Positions 54,484 to 61,226 of a DNA stretch of 61,226 nt are shown here, piece by piece. A program made the translations under genes and the position numbers. The first letter of the stretch is position 1. Every line of letters begins with the position of its first letter. The notes under the pieces were generated by a model. It was not told where the DNA came from. It saw nothing but the letters and a program-made list of their open reading frames with translations, and did not search any database. Origin of the DNA: Minisyncoccota bacterium (GTDB taxonomy: Bacteria; Patescibacteriota; Minisyncoccia; Phycocordibacterales; UBA9973); contig DASYKZ010000011.1 in NCBI GenBank assembly GCA_035994985.1, positions 1 to 61,226 on the forward strand, given 5' to 3'.

Positions 54484-55101
54484 ATGAAACCAGGACGGCT
54501 CGAACAACTCGCGGATGGAATTTTTGCCATCGTTATGACTATCATTGTTTTCGAAATCCGGGCGCCTTTCCTCGTAGACCCGACCAACACTTTTGAGCTT
54601 TCCGTGGCCCTGAAGGCCATGCTTCCTGTTTTTCTGAGTTATCTTCTTAGTTTTGCCCTGCTTTTTACATACTGGCGGGCCCACCATTTCTTTATCTCCG
54701 TATATGCAAAAAATATTGACCTTAATCTTACAAACCTCAATGCCGCCTTTTTCTTTTTTGTCGGACTGGTGCCTTTTTCCACTTCACTTCTCGGGCAGTA
54801 TAGCAACAACAAGCTTTCCATAATTATATTTGGCTTGCACACTATTGTGATAGGTTTGTGCCTCTTTGTCATGCGGAGTTATGTATTTAATTCGGAACAT
54901 ATAAAAAACATCGAAGTAAGCCGGGAGGAAATACGCCATGGCACCATCCGCATCTTTGTGCCCGTAATTTTCGCGGTACTGGCCATCGGGCTCGCTTTTC
55001 TTAACAAAAACCTTTCTCTCGGACTGTTTACCCTTGCTGTCCTGTTCAATTTCTCGCACATCAGCACCAGAATCATCAATAAGTTTCTCAAAAAGTTATA
55101 A
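54484..55101 (+). CDS. TMEM175/DUF1211-family potassium channel-like membrane protein
   Basis: RLEQLADGIFAIVMTIIVFEI matches the family's first-helix signature (FSDGVFAI..TLLV.E). It has 6 TM segments. Confidence 0.7.
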   Translation: MKPGRLEQLADGIFAIVMTIIVFEIRAPFLVDPTNTFELSVALKAMLPVFLSYLLSFALLFTYWRAHHFFISVYAKNIDLNLTNLNAAFFFFVGLVPFSTSLLGQYSNNKLSIIIFGLHTIVIGLCLFVMRSYVFNSEHIKNIEVSREEIRHGTIRIFVPVIFAVLAIGLAFLNKNLSLGLFTLAVLFNFSHISTRIINKFLKKL

Positions 55102-55138
55102 ATCTTTTTAAATCGCTGACCAGTGTCTAGCAAAGTCA

Positions 55139-56821
55139 ATGCAAAAAGTTTGTAAAAATTGTAAAGCTGATTTTGAGGCAAGAAAAGAAGACAGTATTTT
55201 TTATGAGCAGATGAAAGTGCCTGTGCCTTCGTACTGCCCGGGCTGTCGGATGCAGATACGCCTGGCGTTCCGAAACGAACGGACGCTTTATAAGCGTGGA
55301 TGCGACTTATGCAAGACTGCAGGCGTGTCAATTTACCCGGAAGGCACAGTATTTCCTGTGTATTGCCAAAAATGCTGGTGGGGCGACGGCTGGGACCCGA
55401 CAGTATATAAGATGGATTATGACAAATCCCGCCCATTTCTCGAGCAATTTGCCGAGCTGAAAAATAAAGTGCCGCGCATCGGCCTATTGGTTATAAACAG
55501 CACAAACAGCGACTATACGAACAACAGCGCTGAGAATAAAAATTGTTATCTCATTTTCGCTTCAGAAAACAATGAGGACTGCATGTATGACAGGCTCATC
55601 CACTATTGTAAGTCCGTGATTGACTCTGTTTCTACATACGAATCCGAGCTATGCTATGAATGCATCGATTGCAAAAAATGTTTTAAGTGCATGTATTCGG
55701 AGCGGCTGCAGGACTGCATCGACGTACTATTTTCTTTCGATATGCGTAATTCGCAAAACTGTATTCTTTGCACCAATGGCCGCAATATGACTTACTGTAT
55801 TGAAAATGTGCAGTATTCTAAGGAAGAATTTGAAAAGAAAAAATCTGAAATTCTTTCCAGCCATGAAAATATTAAAAAAGCGAAAGAAAGATATAAAGAA
55901 CTGCGGGCCAAAGCAACTGTCAAATACGGCTTAATAATCAAATCCAACAATGCTACTGGAGACTACCTGTTTAATTGCTACGATGGAGTAAGTCTATTTG
56001 ATGCCCGCAATACCAAGAACTCATCTTATATTTCTGACGCAGAGGATTCGATAGATTGCCAGGATTGCAACAATCTCTATTTCAAGCCAGAACGCTGCTA
56101 CAACGTCATGGGTACATTGCAAAGCAATAATTGCATCGGTTGTGCATACCCGATGTACTGCAGCGAAGTATATTACTCAGACAGTTGCTATAATTGCACA
56201 AACTGCTTTGGTTGTGCCGGGCTCAACAAAAAGAATTATTATATTCTCAACAAAGAATACTCCAAGGAAGAATATTTAAAACTAAAAGAAAAAATAGTGG
56301 AGGAAATGAGGCAGGAGGGCACATATGGGGAATTTTTACCGCCCTCAATGTCGCCTTTTGGATACAATGAAACTCTGGCCAAAGAATATTTCCCCATGGA
56401 TAAAGCAGAAGCGAAAGAAAAAGGATTCAATTGGCAAAAAGAAACAAGCGGGACATACGGCGTCGAGACCATAAAGCAGGAAGACATGCCTCAAACAATA
56501 GAAGAAGTGACGGAAGATATTTTAAATCAGGTCCTTGTGTGCAAAGACTGCAAAAAGAATTTTCGGATTACCAAAGGAGAGCTGGATTTCTATAAACGGA
56601 TGAATATACCGTTGCCGCATAAAGATTTTGAATGCCGGCACCAGGAACGGATGTCAAAGCGCAATCCGCGGCAGCTCTGGCATCGTGCCTGCATGTGCGA
56701 TAAAGCAGGTCACCCTGCCCATGAAAATGCAGGATGTAAAAATGAATTTGAAACCTCATACTCTCCCGACCGCAAAGAGACTATCTATTGTGAGACCTGT
56801 TATCAGCAGGAGGTTTCGTAA
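55139..56821 (+). CDS. Cys-rich multi-zinc-ribbon protein of unknown function
   Basis: It is 560 aa with dozens of CxxC spacings. The N- and C-terminal modules are similar to each other. Confidence 0.55.
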   Translation: MQKVCKNCKADFEARKEDSIFYEQMKVPVPSYCPGCRMQIRLAFRNERTLYKRGCDLCKTAGVSIYPEGTVFPVYCQKCWWGDGWDPTVYKMDYDKSRPFLEQFAELKNKVPRIGLLVINSTNSDYTNNSAENKNCYLIFASENNEDCMYDRLIHYCKSVIDSVSTYESELCYECIDCKKCFKCMYSERLQDCIDVLFSFDMRNSQNCILCTNGRNMTYCIENVQYSKEEFEKKKSEILSSHENIKKAKERYKELRAKATVKYGLIIKSNNATGDYLFNCYDGVSLFDARNTKNSSYISDAEDSIDCQDCNNLYFKPERCYNVMGTLQSNNCIGCAYPMYCSEVYYSDSCYNCTNCFGCAGLNKKNYYILNKEYSKEEYLKLKEKIVEEMRQEGTYGEFLPPSMSPFGYNETLAKEYFPMDKAEAKEKGFNWQKETSGTYGVETIKQEDMPQTIEEVTEDILNQVLVCKDCKKNFRITKGELDFYKRMNIPLPHKDFECRHQERMSKRNPRQLWHRACMCDKAGHPAHENAGCKNEFETSYSPDRKETIYCETCYQQEVS

Positions 56822-56848
56822 AAAACTATATGTGCTAAAATTTCTGTA

Positions 56849-57423
56849 ATGGAATATAAAATCTTTTTAGGGTATCTGGCAGTGATTATAGAAATTGTAA
56901 GCTACGCTATTTACTTTTTTGGTATCTGGAAAGGAAAAACCAAACCGCATGCTTTTACTTGGTTTGCATGGAGTTTTGCGAATGTAGTTGGGTTTTTTGC
57001 AGTTTTGTTTTCCGGCGGCGAAGCCGTAGCCTAGGTTCTCGGAATAAATGCCATTGCTTGTTTTGCTGTTTCTGTTGTGGGTTTCTGGCAGAGAAACGTT
57101 CAGTACGATTTGTACGACTGGCTTGCTCTCATAGGTTCCTCATTGGTATATTTTTATGGTGGCTTACGAATGACCCTTTATATGCAGTGATATTAGTTTC
57201 CCTTTCGGACGGAATTAGCTTTATACCAACTTTTCGCAAAGCTTATCGTCTTCCATTTGAAGAAAATGCGACATCTTTCGCAGTCGGTATTTTGTATTAC
57301 ATATGCGCCGTTTTTGCCCTCTCATCTTTTACTTTAACGGCTGCTCTTTATCCGATAGTGATTATTGTCATTGATGGCGCCCTAGTTTTATTTATTTGTA
57401 TACGTAGAAAAAAGCTTTCTTAG
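56849..57423 (+). pseudogene. Disrupted polytopic membrane protein gene (in-frame TAG plus frameshift)
   Basis: The hydrophobic reading continues through TAG 57032-57034. It then switches frame near the T-run at 57150-57155 to join the ORF that ends at 57423. Confidence 0.55.
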
Positions 57424-57485
57424 CTATTTTTTCTCTCACAAGTATTTTTCTGCTGAAAAATCTCGCGAGCTCTCTTCTCGCCTCG

Positions 57486-59039
57486 TCAGGCTCCGGTCTT
57501 GCGTTCGGGTCCCTTACCCGACCTCACCCCATGCTTCTGGTGAAGCTTGGCCACTTCTTTTTCTTCCAGTTCTTCTTTTTTTTCTTTTCCGCGTTCGCCG
57601 AGGGCTTTGAGCTCGCCATCGCCGAGCATATTGAGAGATTTTACCAGCTCGGAGAGGTGCTCTACTGTATTTTTTGACAGGTCATCCAGTACTTCTTCGA
57701 GGAGAGCGTTTAGCATCCAGCCCATCCGGGGTCCGGCTTTGATGCCGAGCTCTTTCATCATGTATTCCCCATTGATTTTGAGCTGGCCGACAGATATCGG
57801 GTCGCGAAGGGCTTCCTCTATCATGGCATGATATTTGCGGAGCCGGTATGACGTTTCTTTTTTATTGGTCCCTACCCTGTCGCATTCCCGCAAATTCATC
57901 AAATCCCAAATATGTTCTGCACCTACTTTGGTAATGATTCTGCGTACGGCAGAAAGCGTAATCAATTCTGTATCAGAGAAAAACATATGATGGCGGACCA
58001 GTTTTTCTACGAGCTCAATTTCTTTCCGAGAGAATTTCAACCGCTCCATTATTTTTTTTGCCATGCGGGCGCTTATAACTTCGTGCCCATAAAAGGTATA
58101 TTGCTTCCTACCCACTCTGGTTTCCTGTCTCCGGCTTTTAGGCTTCCCAATATCGTGAAAAAGTGCTGCGAGCCTGATATGTAAGGGCCATTTTTTGTCG
58201 GCCGCGTGCTGGAGGGCATAGAGCAAGTGCTGCCAGACGTCATAAATATGCTCGCCGGACTGCATGCAGCCGATACCCTCTTCGAGTTCCGGAATGATAA
58301 ATTTCAGCAATCCAAATTTTTGCAGCATGACAATTCCGGCGCTTGGGTTTTCGGAATTTATTATTTTTACAAACTCGTCATGGATTCTTTCAGCGGATAT
58401 TTTTTTTATTAAATCCGCATTTTTGGAAATGCTTTCAGATGTTTCATGTGAAATGGAAAAGCCAAGCTGTACAGAAAAGCGCACCGCCCGGAGCATGCGA
58501 AGCGCATCTTCGCTAAATCTTTCATTTGGATTCCTTACTGTCCGTAACACCTTATTTTCTATGTCCTTTATTCCTCCAAATATGTCCGTTAAGCCGTGTC
58601 CCTTATCAGATAACCTATAAGACATAGCATTTACAGTAAAATCACGTCTTTTAAGGTCATCTTCCAGCTTATTGCTGAATTTTACTTCATCCGGATGCCT
58701 AAAATCGCTATATTTTGCTTCAAGTCTGAAAGGTGTAACTTCTATTATCGTGTATTCTGGTGTTTCACGAATAACCTCTTCCTTAAGTGTTTCACGTGGA
58801 ACAGATACTCCTACTGTTCCAAAAGTATTCTCATACACAGTTTTCTCGAAAAGAGCCATAATCTGGTCCGGATTGGCATTGGTCGTAATATCCCAATCTT
58901 TCGGCTCTTGGTCCATTAAGAGGTCACGGATACAGCCACCGACTAGGTACGCCTCAAAACCAGCTTTCTCAAGCGTCTCGGTTACATGTGAAACTTCTGT
59001 AGGTATTTTGGATATTAAATTTTTAGGATTTGTTTCCAC
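57486..59039 (-). CDS. cca: CCA-adding tRNA nucleotidyltransferase with HD domain
   Basis: Contains YLVGGCIRDLL, DWDITT and the HD region LAALFHDIGKP. Confidence 0.85.
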   Translation of the reverse strand: METNPKNLISKIPTEVSHVTETLEKAGFEAYLVGGCIRDLLMDQEPKDWDITTNANPDQIMALFEKTVYENTFGTVGVSVPRETLKEEVIRETPEYTIIEVTPFRLEAKYSDFRHPDEVKFSNKLEDDLKRRDFTVNAMSYRLSDKGHGLTDIFGGIKDIENKVLRTVRNPNERFSEDALRMLRAVRFSVQLGFSISHETSESISKNADLIKKISAERIHDEFVKIINSENPSAGIVMLQKFGLLKFIIPELEEGIGCMQSGEHIYDVWQHLLYALQHAADKKWPLHIRLAALFHDIGKPKSRRQETRVGRKQYTFYGHEVISARMAKKIMERLKFSRKEIELVEKLVRHHMFFSDTELITLSAVRRIITKVGAEHIWDLMNLRECDRVGTNKKETSYRLRKYHAMIEEALRDPISVGQLKINGEYMMKELGIKAGPRMGWMLNALLEEVLDDLSKNTVEHLSELVKSLNMLGDGELKALGERGKEKKEELEEKEVAKLHQKHGVRSGKGPERKTGA

Positions 59040-59050
59040 TTTGGAAATTG

Positions 59051-59121
59051 TGCGGCGTAGGAGAATCGAACTCCTGTCTCATCCTTGGCAAGGACGTGTT
59101 CTACCACTAAACCAACACCGC
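59051..59121 (-). tRNA. tRNA-Gly (anticodon GCC)
   Basis: A manual cloverleaf fits: acceptor gcggtgt/acgccgc, anticodon loop ttgccaa, T-arm aggag-ttcgatt-ctcct. No CCA is encoded. Confidence 0.88.
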
Positions 59122-59217
59122 ATAATTATGTCTATTAAATTATAAAACTGAAGCAATTATAATCTTTAATTGGCTTAATTGCAATTTTGCTATTTAAAGC
59201 TGAAAAATAACCTTATT

Positions 59218-59245
59218 TTGATAATTGCTTTAAATAATGTATAAT
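59218..59245 (+). promoter_or_regulatory. Sigma70-like promoter for tRNA-Arg
   Basis: TTGATA (59218-59223), a 16-nt spacer, then TATAAT (59240-59245). The tRNA starts 11 nt downstream. Confidence 0.5.
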
Positions 59246-59256
59246 TTATATTCGTT

Positions 59257-59328
59257 GCACCCGTAGTGAAATGGATATCACGACAGGCTTCGAACTTGTT
59301 ATTGGGGGTTCGAATCCCTCCGGGTGCA
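59257..59328 (+). tRNA. tRNA-Arg (anticodon UCG)
   Basis: A cloverleaf fits: acceptor gcacccg/cgggtgc, anticodon loop cttcgaa, T-loop ttcgaat. No CCA is encoded. Confidence 0.85.
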
Positions 59329-59597
59329 CACAAAGAGGGTAAATTTCCTTCCAAAAATCTGTCCTTTTGGTATAGCTTGATAAATAAGGATTTTTTGAAA
59401 AACTGGGGATAACTGTGTTGGTAATGTTTATAAAGGACATGTTAAAAGACAGTCTTTTAGAGTTCTTTTTGTAAAAATACATTATATTATAAGGATATTT
59501 TAGTAAAAGACATAAAATTAAGAAATTAGTTTCACGTGAAACGTGCTTCTCCCTTCATTACTATTCAGGATGTTCCATATGAAACATAATAAAATAT

Positions 59598-60008
59598 ATG
59601 CCTAAAGTATTTACGTCTGATAAACAAAAAATAGGGGAGATTGGTGAAAATATAGCTGAAAAGTTTCTCGTGAAACAGGGTTTCTTTGTAATTGATAGAA
59701 ATTACACTAAGAAATGGGGAGAAATCGATATTGTGGCCCAAAAGGACAACAAACTCTATTTCATAGAAGTGAAGTCCGTTTCTTCCTTCAGCCTTGCCGA
59801 GGATGTTCCACATGAAACAGATGATTATAGAGCAGAAGACAATATGCATCCGTGGAAAATGAAACGATTGTCACGGACAATCCAGACTTACCTTTTGAAT
59901 AAAAACATAGACGATGAAATGGATTGGCAAGTGGACCTTTTAGTCGTGTACTTAGATTTGAAAAATAAAAAGTCTAAGGTAAAAGTAGTAAGTGATATCA
60001 TTCTGTGA
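59598..60008 (+). CDS. yraN: YraN-family (UPF0102) endonuclease-like protein
   Basis: Contains GEIGENIAEKFL...G..V..RNY....GEIDIVA.....L.FIEVKS. Confidence 0.8.
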   Translation: MPKVFTSDKQKIGEIGENIAEKFLVKQGFFVIDRNYTKKWGEIDIVAQKDNKLYFIEVKSVSSFSLAEDVPHETDDYRAEDNMHPWKMKRLSRTIQTYLLNKNIDDEMDWQVDLLVVYLDLKNKKSKVKVVSDIIL

Positions 60009-60035
60009 TATATTAGATTAGCTTAAAAGCTAAAA

Positions 60036-60106
60036 CGGGCTGTAGTATACCGGTAGTACAAGCGCTTTGGGAGCGTTTAGACTGGGTTCGATTCCCAGCA
60101 GCCCGA
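60036..60106 (+). tRNA. tRNA-Pro (anticodon UGG)
   Basis: A cloverleaf fits: acceptor cgggctg/cagcccg, anticodon loop tttggga, T-arm ctggg-ttcgatt-cccag. No CCA is encoded. Confidence 0.85.
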
Positions 60107-60151
60107 CATTATTGAATAATCTCTTTTTTTCTGCTAGTATCAAGGATACAT

Positions 60152-60222
60152 GCGGGGTTAGTTAAATGGTATAACTTCAGTTTTCCAAACTGATGTCAAG
60201 GGTTCGATTCCCTTACCCCGCA
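60152..60222 (+). tRNA. tRNA-Gly (anticodon UCC)
   Basis: A cloverleaf fits: acceptor gcggggt/accccgc, anticodon stem tcagt/actga, loop tttccaa, T-arm aaggg-ttcgatt-ccctt. No CCA is encoded. Confidence 0.88.
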
Positions 60223-60227
60223 CTGTT

Positions 60228-61226
60228 TTAGTGCTTGTGTGAGAAATTATCTAAGGCGGCTTCTTCCTCTTCTAGAACTCTTTCCGGTAAATTTTTGCTT
60301 TTATTTTTTATGAGCATATATACTGCTAATAAGGTAGTGATAGGCACGGCGAGGACGAGCCCGATGCTTCCTATGAGGATGCGGATGATTTCCGTTGCAA
60401 AAACTTCACGATTAACTATCAACCCGAAGCTGGCATTAGCTGAAGAATAAAAAAGGAGGAGGAGTGGAAGCGAGGCGCCTACATACGCGATAGCGAGAGT
60501 GTTTACAAGCGCTCCGATATGCTCTCTGCCTATTCGGATGGCTCGTTTATATATTTCCCATCTGCCGATATGCGGCGCAATAGCGTGAAGCTCTTCGACA
60601 GAAATCGCTTGTCCTATGGAAACATCATACAATACTCCGAGAAGCCCAATCATAATTCCACCCATAAGTAATCCAATAAGGTCAATTCCACCCTCAGTAT
60701 TTAAATTAAGATAAAATGCCTCATCGCCCGCTACTCCTGTTAGATTGCTCCCATATACAGCAAAGTAAGCCATAAGCCCCGTGATTATAACCGTCGCAAT
60801 CATGCCTACTATTGCCGAAGATGTAGTTTTATTGAACCCATGAGTAATATAAGAGCCAAGGATGATAATAATCGAAGAAACTCCAATGCTGACTAACAGC
60901 GGGGAAAAGCCATGGAGTATGCTAGGAAGCAAAACAAAGACAATTACGAGCAAGCTTCCGGCCAAGCTCAAAAGGCCGCGCAGCCCCTGCAGGCCTCCGA
61001 AAATTAACACTAGCGCAATGAATAAAATTGAAAAGAAAAGAAGCGTCGGAGTGCGGTCCGGCTCAAAAACACTATAAAAAACACTGCCGTCTACCTGAGG
61101 AGCGGACCTCAGATAAAATGAGTCTCCCTGTTCGAGCATTACGTAATCATTATAAAATACGATGTTTTTCCCTTTATCAATTCCTTCAGTTATTTGAACT
61201 TCCAAATTTTGGACAGGTGTTTTTGT
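60228..61226 (-). CDS. YibE/F-family membrane protein (5' end probably beyond the window)
   Basis: Contains GGLQGLRGLLSLAGSLLVIVFVLLPSILHGFSPLLVS... and THGFNKTT, typical of YibE/F. The frame stays open to the window edge. Confidence 0.7.
   Translation of the reverse strand, partial: TKTPVQNLEVQITEGIDKGKNIVFYNDYVMLEQGDSFYLRSAPQVDGSVFYSVFEPDRTPTLLFFSILFIALVLIFGGLQGLRGLLSLAGSLLVIVFVLLPSILHGFSPLLVSIGVSSIIIILGSYITHGFNKTTSSAIVGMIATVIITGLMAYFAVYGSNLTGVAGDEAFYLNLNTEGGIDLIGLLMGGIMIGLLGVLYDVSIGQAISVEELHAIAPHIGRWEIYKRAIRIGREHIGALVNTLAIAYVGASLPLLLLFYSSANASFGLIVNREVFATEIIRILIGSIGLVLAVPITTLLAVYMLIKNKSKNLPERVLEEEEAALDNFSHKH

Noticed and set aside
57032-57034. The in-frame TAG as a recoded sense codon or an alternative genetic code.
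   Set aside because: TAG terminates other well-supported genes here (rpmH, for example). All long ORFs behave as standard code 11. A second lesion (the frameshift) in the same gene favours decay or assembly error.
59246-59482. A 78-aa minus-strand ORF.
   Set aside because: It overlaps the tRNA-Arg gene and its promoter, and the sequence is AT-rich low-complexity.

Overview
This is about 61 kb of a low-GC bacterial chromosome. The gene content suggests an uncultivated Patescibacteria/CPR-type organism, but that is inference only. (1) Positions 1 to about 10.5 kb are an accessory island ending at a tRNA-Lys gene. It holds a complete diversity-generating retroelement (DGR): a small target gene with VR, a TR, an inverted avd and an RT. 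It also holds a tightly coupled methyltransferase / unknown / Pif1-like helicase operon, several orphan genes and two tandem large serine recombinases. (2) Positions 10.7-29.7 kb are housekeeping genes: holA-like, dapF, polA, a PilB/GspE-type ATPase, ruvB, ruvC, tyrS and a class A PBP. This block includes the replication-origin neighbourhood (dnaN, dnaA, then divergent rpmH-rnpA-yidD-yidC-jag). (3) Positions 29.7-43.1 kb are a single-strand, operon-like cluster for a type IV secretion-like envelope machine. It encodes a VirB4 ATPase, a PrgI/VirB3-like protein, a TrbL/VirB6-like protein, a VirB2-type pilin fused to a lytic-transglycosylase-like domain, and several secreted proteins. No relaxase or coupling ATPase is visible in the window. 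(4) Positions 43.6-61.2 kb carry rsmA, a UvrD/PcrA helicase, an NYN protein, rpsO, a Xer recombinase, xth and murI. They also carry a 1.9 kb orphan insert bracketed by a perfect 31-bp direct repeat, a TMEM175-like channel, a Cys-rich zinc-ribbon protein, a disrupted membrane gene, cca, four tRNAs (none encoding CCA), yraN and a partial YibE/F gene. The best candidates for novelty are the DGR with its unusual layout and the relaxase-less T4SS-like cluster. All calls come from reading the translations and sequence by eye; no database search was run.
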